Assembly (NCBI GenBank): GCA_040954595.2 | Contig: CM082583.2 | Coordinates: forward strand, 13,182,987-13,246,986 | DNA: 64,000 nucleotides | From: Balanoglossus misakiensis | Lineage: Eukaryota > Animalia > Hemichordata | Reading direction: 5' to 3' | Part shown: one piece after another, positions 12,701 to 25,200 of the stretch | How positions within the stretch are numbered: the first letter of the stretch is position 1 | How the letters are laid out: each line of letters opens with the position of its first letter | Position numbers and translations under genes: made by a program | The notes under the pieces: generated by a model | What the model was told of the DNA's origin: nothing | The model's database searches: none | What the model saw: only the letters and a program-made list of their open reading frames with translations

Positions 12701-15224
12701 CAATTGTAATTGCTCTTAATCTGAAGATGGAATTGTAGCTAGGCCACGATATGCTCATTCTGGAAGTTTTGAGAATGATAGTCATTCAGTCAGTTTGTTT
12801 TAGTCCTTTCAGGCTCTATGTAATCTCATACTGTGAAAAATGTCGATGTACATATTGGCTCATTAGAGCACTCTCAGTTATTTGTTTAGCAGCGCATTGT
12901 ACTTTGCGGCATTTTCTTTTGTGAATTGCAGATTACATTTCAAAATGTACTCCTAATCACACTCTTAAATTTACATTATGCATTTTATGTATCCATTGGT
13001 TTGGTGTAAGCTCTGAGGGCAAGATATGACTGGCGATTTCCAAACTTTGATTGATAATCCGAGCATGGACGAGGAAAGGAATTTTTGTTAATGCTGGGAG
13101 ATTTTCAAAGATTCGGTTGCTTTGGTTACAGAGGCGGTGAAGCTTTTCAAGAGTAAGCTGATTGATAGATGCGGAAACAGTATGACTGGGCAGATATGTA
13201 CAAATGATAGATGTCTTGAAGAAAGCTGTGTCTAACATGGTTTTCTTGAGAGTGGAAGCCTTAATGCAATTATTTAATGCATCTTTGACATCCAGGCAGT
13301 TTACTACACGATATTAGCAACTGTAAATAATTTAAAGACACGCTCACAGGAGAGCATGAGATTTTTTTGTGAAGTTTGAAAAGTGGACACACCCTGTAGG
13401 TCTTTTTCTATGGCTTGCAGGTCAACTAGAATTTTTCTCCCTTTAGGTTTTTCGCTTTTGTGATGGAGCGGGATTACAACAGTGGTGTTCAAATCTGGTG
13501 CCATGTACGCAGTTGGATGGCTCCAGGACTAGCTTATCTTATTTAAAGATTACAGATTTGAAACATGCCTGTCTCAATCAAATGACTCTCCGAGCAAGAT
13601 CCATATATAAAGGATGTCAGCTGCCTATCTCCATTTTTTGGATTTTTAAAATGAAATTAAAATACAGCTCAGTATAAAAACAAGAGAAATACTTTTTCGT
13701 TTCTGGTTTTCTGGAAACAAACCATATGTGTCTGTACATGTCTATGCCAACTGGCGATTGCTTGACAGCCGAGTGACTGATCATAGAGACTGATCACTAA
13801 CTGATGCGGAAGACAGCAACCTGCAGGGAAAATGAGATGCAATTCTATCTTTCCGCTGAACTTATCGCAGTGAAACGATGCAGCAATACTTTTGCCGATG
13901 GCTGACAATAAGCCTGTCGCCTAATTGCTTTCTCTGATAAGCAGCAGGAGTTTGTGAAAGGTAAAAAAGAACTTGGATTGGCTGAATGATGTTATTGGCT
14001 TGGACCGTATCAGAATTTTCTGCGGTGGACATTGAGCAGTTTCTAGAACATCCTACATCCACAGATAAACAGATCCTGTTGGAGTAGACTGAAGTCACAA
14101 AGTTGTTGTGATATTGATGAGTGTTTCCAGTATCAAAGCATTCAAATCATTGCATACACTATTTAGCAAATGTAACATGTATTTTTATCAGTCTGAGCAA
14201 ATTTTGTGGTCAAATTAAAGCTAGTTGTTGCCGAAGTTGAATTTTAAACGTAGAAATGCTGAGGAGGCTGTAATTAAATGCCCAGTCATGGTTTATGGAA
14301 GTTCCATTTATGAGATTAAACCACAGTGATCGCAATGGCAGAATATTGAACGCGGAATGCAGTGTACCGTACTTCACAGGTTAATTGTTTATGCTGATTG
14401 GATAAGAAGTCAGTGTTTCTGCAGAGATGAGATAAAGGTTGTGTTCCCTGGGCATTGAGGACTGCAAGGCATATTGATAGTTTTGTCCGTCACCATGATT
14501 GATAGATACATCCATTGATATGTCTGTAAAACCTGTATAAGAACGTTGTCAGAAGACGATAACATTTCCAACATTTTAAGAAAAATGGTCATTTAAAGAA
14601 ATTAATAGTTCTGACCACTGTAGAAGTGATTAGACCTGGCATTAGTGCATTTACTGCACACAATTCAAACTGAGTGATTACTGTCATGATCAAATCTGGC
14701 AATAAAAACTGATTAATGGTGGAGAGACTTGAAAACAATCATTATCTTAAAGGTCAGTCACTTTGTGCGGGCGTGCGTAATAGTTTTTATGTGTGTTCAG
14801 AGCAAGATGAGATATTGTGTGGAGTTCTGTTTTTAGCTCCCATTTGGTTTATTTTTATGGCGGAATTTAACATTTGTGACAAGTTTTTTTGCCGACAAAA
14901 GAGAAACAAATACAGTTGTCATGGTACCATGTACACTGGTGACCAAACTTGAAATGGAAAGGCTGTTTTCTAAATCAATTTTCAACTGAAAAAGGATGAA
15001 AGTGCTTTATAACCCTATCTTGATGAATGCACATTTCAGTCATGTCACTTCTTATCAGAGACTTTTTATTATATTTTTTTTTCCAAATGAGCGTGTTGAG
15101 AAATGAGTGGTTAAAGAGAATTTATGGAACTAACAAAATTTAGCTGATCTACATAGCTGAACTAGCTGATCGATCGCCATGGTTACACAAAGTGTGTCAG
15201 TTTTGCCACAGGCAGACTTTAAGA

Positions 15225-15265
15225 CAGCCAATCAGGAAGCGGCGATGTCATCGGCAGCCAATGAG
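15225..15265 (+). promoter_or_regulatory. Tandem NF-Y (CCAAT) boxes, possible intronic promoter or enhancer
   Basis: CAGCCAATCAG and CAGCCAATGAG, CCAAT cores at 15228 and 15258 (30 bp apart), flanking the near-palindrome CGATGTCATCG. Confidence 0.4.
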
Positions 15266-18200
15266 AGTCAACTGGGTTAACTCTACTTTTGAAGTCACAG
15301 AAGGAGGATCAATCCTTCTGAGAGAGTGGACTGCGAAATAATTTGGCAAGGGAGTTGGTTTGATGAAGACTCAGAAGATAGAGTTGATACTACGGCCCAC
15401 TTAAATAATAAAGAGTGTGCAAAATCGGGCCTGTGGGAGAATTATTAGTATCTCAATTATCAATGAGTGGTTCTGCTGTAGGATTTCTTCCTGTCGATAC
15501 GGTGGTTCTAAGTTGCTCCACCGGGACTAGGACTTGGAGTCTATAGCTATCTCAGTTCAACTCAATATGTGGGTCCTACGTCTTTGTCAACAGTTGAACC
15601 AAGTATCAAGTAACAGAATTATACCATTTTGAAGTGACTCCCTGAAATATGGGTTCACAAGCTCCCGTCGTAGTTTAATGAAAACAGAATGATTCATGTG
15701 TTTGTCTTATTAATTAAGAGAATACGGGTGATACAAATCAGTTCAAGTGTTAGGTGAGTCATGGTTGTATTTTAAGCACTGGACAAACTCATCATTTAAA
15801 CAACTTGTTATACTATTGACAGCTTTTTTGTTTGATTAATATACATAAACTTGGATATGAACTATCTGAGGAATCTTTTGAAATTCTGCTTCCGTATGAC
15901 AATTCATTTTTGTCATTAAATAGTCGTTAACTTGCTCAGAATAAACCTGGGAACCCTGGCCAAGATGTGCAACCATATTACAGAGGGGTCTCCTGCAAGC
16001 TTCACATTACCTATTTCCCAGTGGAGTTGACTCGGCTGACAATAAGACTATGCCAAAATGGAAGCCACATGGGGGTGCAAAGGTTAAGTGGCCTAATACA
16101 CGCCTGAGGATGAATCTCTCGTTTTAATGGAAAAACATGCAATCAGCCAGGTGTGAGAAGAAAATGTGACGTTATAGGCACGTAGCAACGTGTGATAATT
16201 TATGTAAGGCCCGTACAGTACATGCCGTAATTTCATTTATGTTTCAAGGCTTTTGTTCAGTTTGCAGGCATTGTCGCCGTGATGGGAATGCGTTTGTGTC
16301 TTTCGAAGCAAGTACGGTTTGAGTTGTAAGGCAACGCTTGTCTACAAAACAGGGCTTCGAGGTGTGAGGACCCATGGCAAAATTACTCATGGAAAGGTGG
16401 TTTTAATTGCTTGAAGCTCAAACACAGTAATAAGTTCGAGAGTAAAAGTGACACGTAACCATGGAGATAGATTCTCACTCCTGTAGTCTCATCTTAAAGT
16501 TCATCATCTATTTAAAACCTGGCAAAGAGCGCGTGGTCACGTTTTCACCCAGACAAAGCTTCATAAAAATTTAATTTTCATTCTAAAGCTGGCTGTGATG
16601 ACAGATTTCCAATTTTTCACTCAGGCAAATCTTCATAAAAATTTCATTTCACTATTAAACCCGTAAAATCATGTCAAACCATTACTCCAGTGGGAGTGAG
16701 AAAATGTGCTGTTCATGTCACACACCCTTCCAAAGGGAATCCACAGAGGGCAGTCTTGATATTGACAATCTTATTTGGGTAAAATTTATGGTCTTTGGCC
16801 AAGATCACCCATCGAGGCAATAATCATTTCATTGAAATTTACCGACATGCAGAACAGTTGTCATATATCGGGATAATTAAGCATCAACTACTAATGTGTT
16901 AATATGGGTGTAATATTAGTTGTCACATCCCAGGTGTTGATATTCACGCCAAGCACTTAGAATGCTAATTCTCTTCCACCACCTTCTGTTGGGGGCGGCC
17001 TTTTCCTGTGACTTCCTTAATATTCATTCCGGCCTGTCAGAGGTCTCAGTGGGTCGTAAATCCAGCATCATGAAAGCAACGGAAATAAAGAACAGCTTTG
17101 TTGGATTTGGTCGGTTGGGACGACCGGGAAAACAGGAAACTGTGGAATAATGAGTTCTCCAAGTGCAAATATTGAAAGATTTGCTTGATTTAGAATTATT
17201 TGATGATGGAAATTCAGCCTTGGTTCTTCTGGCATGCGACTTATTGTGACCTACTTCTCTTGGGGTTATGTCAGAATTTTTAAAATTACCTGAATCTGTA
17301 CTTTTGTGGAATTAGTGGATGTGTATGATACAAGGAAGTTGCGCGAATGAGGAAATTTGGATAGTATACTGACATGCTATTTATGTTATGTTAAGTTCAT
17401 CATTATAATCCTACTGTCCGTTGTCTTTTACTGAAATAGAGCAATACTGCCAACAACCTAATATGTCATTATTTTGTTTTCATTAATTATCTATTTCTGA
17501 GCTTCAATCAGTCAAGAGTGACACATGTAATGTTATAAGCTGTGAATTAACCCATGATTGAAATTGGCAATTTGTCAGTGTTATCCATGAATGACTCAAC
17601 AGAACACGTGTAATTAATGTCTTGTAATAGTCAAGACCAAAGTGTCCCCTCTCATGACAAAAAAAAACCCCTGGTCCATGACTCTCATTGTTTGAACAAA
17701 TTCTTGAAGCTTTGGATGTATTTACGTCAGAGTGTTTTGTTGAAAATAGCAGCACAAGCTCAAAGAAATGAATCATTGATCAATATGTCTCGGTGACTTA
17801 ATTACCGCCATTTGATTATTGTGTTGTAATTGTATGTACACGTGTGAAAAGGTGATAAGAGGGGAAATAACATGCATGATCCATCTTCATATTAATTATG
17901 ATGTCATGTCTACCTAGACTTTAATCACAGTATTGACAATTTTAGATACATTTCCCACAGACTTAGCATGCAAATTTGCTGGTCGTATGCGTTCTGTTGT
18001 TAACGTGCCGTAGTCCATCTCATATGGTGACATCAAAGTGACCGAGCCTCCATCCATACTCGTCAACTTCTCTCTGTAGATTCATTTGTACCTGGCAAAT
18101 AAATGTGCGAGCAGCGTGGACTCGTAGCCACAGGAAACGAAAGCATCATTAATGCATGGTGACTGCACTCGGGTTGTGCATAATTGATGTGCACTGTGTA

Positions 18201-21200
18201 TACAATTTTTTATCCAATAAAGAGTGTACGGTCTGACGTGTTCGTGTCTGTTAAGTTATGCATGGGCTTATACGACTTCCTGCAGTCTTGCCTGGAAGAA
18301 AGTGTTTTTTTTCCAGGACAAGCAAGTGCACATTATTTTTGGCAGGTCATAATTTGGCTTTTGTTGTCGACCGTGTGAATTCCATCATTTGCAGGATTTG
18401 AGTTTTAATGCAGTGACAGGGGTGAAAAATTGAGGCGAGTTTGCACTTCTCACGTACAAGCTTGTTATATTACTAGAGTCCTGCCAGTCTAATTGTTTGA
18501 AATGAAATTTATGGAAATATTGACTGCACGTGATGTGAAGAAAGCACGGATCGTGAAAGGATGGTTATTGCCTGCATAGGAACCTGTTTGTCTGCATGGA
18601 TACCACGCACAAGAATACGTGTTTGCCAATAAAAGTTGAAATTAGTTCATAAGACAGAATCTGGTGGAAATAATTTCTGTTGCCAATGAAATCCATGAAT
18701 GTCTGTGACATTCTAGGCTTTAATTTCCTGGCAGGTAAATGTGTATGGCAAGATAAGAGAGACAGTCAGCACATTCATTCTGAAAGGACACACAACAACA
18801 TTAACTGAAAGATTTATGTGAGATGTTCTCCAAGAAGGGAGGATAAAAGTGTGGTTTCTTCCCAGAGGACGTCAGTACTCAGATGAGCTCGCGCAATAAA
18901 CATGACTTGTAGAGGCCATTCCATTACGTAAAACCGTGCACAGAATAATTCCTGCGCCTGCCATCGGCCAAAATGTTAAGCGTAGGTTGTGGATATCTTA
19001 TTGGCTGTATTGTGAAGCTGGTCGTAAATCAAGGAATATGATTTCCGCTGAAGAATAGCGGTTTAATATCTTCATCATAGTCGGACGTAAAAACTGCAAA
19101 GTAAATGTCAGAACTGATGATGGTGAGTGTTTGAAGACTCACACCGACTAAGATTGTTAATTTCAAAGAGTGATTATTCGTCCGCATCCATTGAAGAACC
19201 TGACTATAATAATCAGCTGGTCACCTTCCTCTGAGAAAGGAACTCAGTGTTAGAGATGAAAACCTCTGTTGATAGAAACCCCCTCAAGGTGCGCATGTGT
19301 GATTTTTGAAAACTAATCAAGCATCGTGGCCTTGAACGTACCTTTAAATGAGACTGATTCATTTTTAACATGACTCCATCATTTTCTATTATCTAATAAA
19401 AAGCAAAATACAATCTGCTGATCCATCTGCCCGCTTTATGTGGCCGTCAGATTTAGCACATCAAGACCAGCGTCCGTTGATAGATAGGCTGCATGTGTAA
19501 GTCACCAGTGCAAGACGGAGAAAAATGCAGAATGGTCAATTGTTATTCTGCAGGTGTATAACTGTAGGCCTGAAAGTTGTACTGTATGCGGGGATGGTGA
19601 TGTCGTCATGGCGACAAGTAAACCAATTAACCTTGCAGGAAATAAACGGGTAACCTTGAGTGAAGGCATGGTTTGTTTCCCAAATAAGTTCCTAGACAGA
19701 TAAGTGTGAGTTTGATGTTTGCTTCTACCGTATGTACGCTCTTTTAAGTGCTTTTGTGAATACAGGATGAGTGACAGTGCTGGAAACTCATCTGTGTTTA
19801 ATCTTCTCATCAGAGACACAGTGAAATGTTTAGTACATCTGCAGTACAATTCCAGCAATCTCTAAAAAGTCACTCAACTCTTGCCTTTGTGAAAGAGATT
19901 CAATTATTTGATACAGCTAAGAAAAATCATAAACATCCACACATGTCAGACAGAGTGAGCTCTAAGACATAATCTGGAGATCACCCAGGCTATAGTGTTA
20001 CTTGTATAAGAAAAAGACTTGTCTGCATGAGACATTGTCAGAAGCAGACTGCAGCAATTGATAAAAAAAAATTGAGGGAATTATGCAGAATGTTCAGGGC
20101 TCGAATGTTTGGAAAGAGGGAGAGCGATAGCAGCATAGAAATTTGACTGCATATCTAAATTCACCCTGAGAAAAAAAAAAAGGAATCTGAAATAGGATTA
20201 ATTAAGCAGCTAATGTGGTGGCTAAAATAATCTGAGTTGCCTTCAGTCTGTATTACTAACAACTGAACGCAGGTGAGTCATCAGGACCCCTGACCTCTAT
20301 TCCAGTGGATATTCACACTCGGTGGAATACTGCAACATGTAGCATGATAATGTGTCCGTGATTCAACTTTCAGATGAAATTGTAAAGCACATGTAGATTC
20401 ATTCACAAATTGGGGATTAATTGTGATGAAAAGGTTCTTGTTGAACTTTATTTCTCCGTTGTAAAAAAAGCTACCAGCCGGCCTCCCCCTCACAGCATTG
20501 TCAAATAAGCTAAAGCATCTCTGCTCAAGTTGCGTGTCAATGAATTCAGGAGTGGGGATTTATTTCAGTCGAGCAATGTCCTTTTGGCATGGCTTCATCG
20601 GCATCATGTCACCGTGGGAATACCCAGCATGCATTGCAGTCATGAAAATGTATGTAGCTTGATCAGGTTTGATAAAAGAGTTTAATGGAAGCCATTTATG
20701 ATCCATGGAAATGTGATCTCATTGCAACCAGCTGATCAGATTTATTCTATTCATTATTGGTTTCTTTTACTTGCCAAGATGCAAATTTGTGTTAAAGTGG
20801 TGAGGTTGAAATGAAAGCAAGGCCACTGATATATCCATGCAGTGAACAAAGAATATCAGTAAAAATGTTTGAGCTTTTCTGTGCCTGTGTGCATGAAAAA
20901 CCACCCAACCATCTGAATATTAGATTGACTAATATTAACTAATCTAGGGGGTCATAACTATTGTAATTACCCACAAGAACAAAACTGCTTATCATGACTT
21001 CTGAACATGCTTTCCAATGACATAACCTAATGCATTATGCATATAATACGTGCAGTTAAAACTTGCAATCATGTGCATTTGCTCGCTTGCAGTATACATG
21101 TATGTCACTGCAGTGAGAATTGCAAATTTAGACGGAATCCAATCAGAATGCAATGGCAGATGTCAGACAGCTATACCCTCTTCGTTTAGCCCGCCAAACT

Positions 21201-21290
21201 AGAGGTGTAAATGAAATTATTTTCATCCCTGACTGCATCCACAGCTATTGCACCAGATAGTGTGATGGGAAATTTCCGTTATATATTACA

Positions 21291-21302
21291 CCCCCCCCCC
21301 CC
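21291..21302. repeat. poly-C homopolymer
   Basis: Run of 12 C. Confidence 0.9.
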
Positions 21303-22288
21303 TCCCAGTCCCCACAGACTTATCCTGTCAGTTGATTTTTAATGCAATTTCATTCTGACCATCTGTATACATCTGGTAGAGCGAGTTTTGAATTTCCTTC
21401 TCAGACACACAGACTTCCCTTAAAATGACATTCTTCCATCGTTTTCCATGGCCACATTAAAGTGATTGTTCCAAGGATTGCTCATTGTAAGAATCAGTTG
21501 CGGGTTTCGGATGACTGAATTTTTATTTCTAACCAGAGGAAATGGATTACTTATCGACGGAACCTGAAATTCACGGTTGACTTAGTAATTCGCAACTTGG
21601 CTTATTTCAGTTTTTTGGTTGCATGTGTGATCGTGTTGTAAATTGTGATGTAGAGAAATCCCATTGTGTTTAAACTGAGGGCGCTTTGGCAACGAGTCAC
21701 CAATAATCACATTATAGTTTTACGCCTTTTAGTTACATGTAGCTGCTCAGATTTCAGATCACAACTGTGAGGGCGCAAGGGCGCCTTCTGTGGCACATAA
21801 AAATTTGCCAATTTGTCCAAAGGCAGTAATTTCATTTGCGCACAATAATCCTGATACCAGCTCAGACAAGGTGTACTTGCAACACAGCTCCCCAATAAAT
21901 TTTTGCCTCGAAAAAACTTCCTTTCAGATTTTACAAGATGATGTGACACTCGCTTGGTCTCAAACTGGATATTAATTTGGTTGTGGCTTTAAACTGATAA
22001 TTTGTCAGCATTCCCTCATAATTGTCAAAATAATTGGCTTTTCTTTGACTTTAATCCCAAAATTATATTCATGTGCGTGGATCCATCATGTTAATAATTT
22101 TCAGTAATTGCATTAAAAGTGAAGTACTCCGAATTTGAGTGACATTATTAAACATTGTGGTGAAAGGTTAGATGAACTTTTCTTTTCACATTGACTTCCA
22201 GCTCATAAATATTTACAGCAAACTAAGTAATTTGTTGTGAACATTATAAGATAAACTGAAGTGTTTTTTTCTTCTGTTTCATCAACAG

Positions 22289-25200
22289 CATCATTCTATG
22301 GATCAAGTTACATCAAGTTTCCCATGAAAGATTCTAGCAGTGAGACTGAAGTTCATCTTCGATTCCGTACAAGTCGATCCAGAGGGCTACTCTTCCTGGC
22401 TGCTGGCGATGAGGAATATTGCATCATTGAACTTCGGGGTGGCAACATCCTGGTCTGGATGGACTTAGGTGCAGGCATTGTTGAACTGCAAAGCACAGGC
22501 ATCAAACTCAATGACCTTTTGTGGCATAATTTGGAACTTGCCAGGGTTCAAGAGAAAGCCAATCTCACAATTGATGGAACATTGATTGCCACTGCGGACT
22601 CACCAGGAAAATCTTTTGAGCTAACTGTGGAGGAAGGAATTTTCCTGGGTGGCGTTGGCCACTTAGACAAGGATTACATCGGGGAATCGGAGAAGAACTT
22701 CCGAGGATGTCTGAGTGATGTGATGTTCAATGGCGTTGATGTGTTCAACACGGTGCGTGAGTTTCTGGAAAAGGATAATTTGAAGCAGTACGTCATAGTG
22801 CAGGACATTACATGGGACTGCAGTGCAGAGTTTTCAGCTGCTCCAAATGATCCAATCAGCTTCACAGACACCTCGTCATATGTGACATTCTCCAGATGGG
22901 ACGTTGAGGAAAGTGGATCGTTCAGCTGCTGGCTGAAAACGCATGGCGACAAGGGGCTTCTTTTGTACAACACCGGTGAGGATGAAGACTTCATCGCTGT
23001 GGAACTTGTGGAGGGAAGAATACGGATGTTGCTCAACAAAGGAATGGGAACGGTCAACTTCCATTCGACGATCCAGATAAACGATCGGAAATGGCATGAA
23101 ATTTTGCTGAGGATCGATGAATCCTTCCTCGAAATCAGCATTGACCAAAAACCAGAGATCATGACACTGACTGATGAAGAAGGTGAACTCCTGGAACTGA
23201 GCGGACCTTTGTTTGTTGGAGGTGTGGTAGAGCGGGCCAGATCAGTGGCTTCCAGACAAGACTTGGCATCGGTCACGGGCGAAGATGATGGCGGATCTTT
23301 CCAAGGTTGCATCCAAGAAATAGAAATTAACTACGTTGCACACAGTCTGGAAGATTCCCGGGTGACCCATCACATCACAGCCGGATGTGTGTGGGAATAT
23401 CCGTGTACATCGAAACAGCCTTGTATTCCGGAAGCTGAGTGCACTGAGTCAGGATTTGCCGAGTTCGAGTGTCAATGTAACCTGGAAGTATGCTATAAGC
23501 CGACTGAGGACCCAACTGCTATCATCGAAGATCTAGAGATCAACGTGTCTGAGACAGACACCAAGAAGAAAAACAAGAAAGAAAAGAAGAAAGAAAAGAC
23601 CAGAGATAGAGAGAAATCCAAAAAGTTCTTGTTGGTAGAACCCCTTGAAGTGATGGAAGGTGGAGAGGCTGTGATTACGTCAGATCAAATCAAGGTCAAC
23701 GGGGATTTGAGTGACCTTGGACTGCGAGAGTCTCAGGTCATGTTCCGTGTGACGCGAGATGCAAAGTTCGGAGAGATCATCCACGACGTATTACGCCGGG
23801 AAGACAACAGCGACGTCTTCACACTCCTAGACGTCATCGGTGGCCGGATCATCTATTCCCACGGTGGATCAGAAAACTTCCAGGATAGGTTGACTTTTGA
23901 AGTGAATGTTCTGGGAAATGACGGAGAGCTTCCAGAAAGCCTGCAGAAGGACAACAACTTTGTGCTGAGGATTGAGATTACGCCTGTGAATGATCCACCC
24001 CAGCTGATACTTCCAGACGATAGCCTGGTGCAGCTGATTGAGAACACAAAACGTATGATGTCATCTGACATACTGAATGCAGTGGATCCTGACACTGATG
24101 CCACTGAGGTAACCTACTCACTGCTAAACGAAATCTCCAGCATGGGGTATCTAGAGAACACTGATAATCCAGATCATAGTATCTCATCTTTCACCCAAGA
24201 AGACGTCAACTTAGGAAAGATATTTTTTGTCCATGACGGTGCTGAAACAAAGTCCAGGATTGGGCTGCGTGTGTCGGACCCTATTGACCGTAGTGATCCA
24301 GTATCATTGAGGGTAGAAGCAATCCCGCTGCAGTTGACAGTTGCCCAGAATTCAGGGATTAAGGTCAACCTGGAATCGAGCGTCATCATCAAAAGTGACG
24401 AATTACAGGTGGTGACAAACGCGCCTGGTCAGGACTTGTCCATCAGATTTGATGTCATTCTTCCACCAGAGTTCGGCGAACTGCAGCACATGGATGAACC
24501 AGACTGGACACCGGTGCGAGACGACTTTACTCAGCGACAAATCAATAAAGACAAGATCCGGTATGTTCACTCAGTGACGGGCACCGATGAAATGGAGGAC
24601 AGTTTCCAGCTGCAAGCCACCTGCATGGAAGTGAGCACAGACATCTTCAGCGTCCACGTCCAGGTGATGGCGCTGGCCGTCAGGGTTGTCAACAACACCA
24701 ACCTGATCATGGACGTCATCAAAGAGAAGACCATCATACCGGAGCATCTAGGAGCTGTGCTTGTCAACAACATACAGAACAACTACACAATCAGATACAC
24801 AGTCACGAGAGAACCTGATCACGGCCATGTGGTCCGACACGGAGTTGGTCATCTCATGGTTGGTGATCATTTCACGCAGGATGATATCAATGCTGGCAAT
24901 ATCGGCTTCCGAATCAAACACCACATCCAAACAGCAGTGAACGACACATTTCAGTTCTACGTCTCCACCCTTGGCTATCAGTCCAGCGCGTTTACATTCG
25001 CTGTTTCCTACATACCTGATAAACTGAGCACAAGTGTTTTCAATGCTGGAATCACTATCGGTGAAGGCATGAGCCGAATCTTGACTCCAGGGAACCTGAA
25101 TGTGGAAAATCCTCTGGCTGACTACTTCCAGTACACAGTCACCGTTGCACCCGAAAACGGGAGTCTCCAATTCCTCGACCAGGATACCATGGAAGTCATC

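Larger units (their letters stand above)
1..22288 (+). other. Probable long first intron of CSPG4 (signal-peptide exon likely upstream of the window)
   Basis: No convincing coding exon in 22 kb. The first visible CSPG4 exon begins at a phase-1 acceptor with no Met or signal peptide. I found no ATG-hydrophobic-phase-1-donor exon by eye, but could have missed a small one. Confidence 0.65.

Noticed and set aside
15689-15753. ATG-initiated MIHVFVLLIKR... ending at the 15754 donor as CSPG4 exon 1
   Set aside because: It ends in phase 2, but the 22289 acceptor needs phase 1; the phase-1 frame has a stop and no ATG.
16962-17150. ORF MLILFHHLLLGAAFS as the missing CSPG4 signal-peptide exon
   Set aside because: Only weakly hydrophobic, and no good phase-1 donor follows it.
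88-21975. Dozens of 60-120 aa ORFs on both strands upstream of CSPG4
   Set aside because: No recognisable motifs, many begin at non-ATG codons, and there is no consistent splice chain; expected by chance in non-coding DNA.
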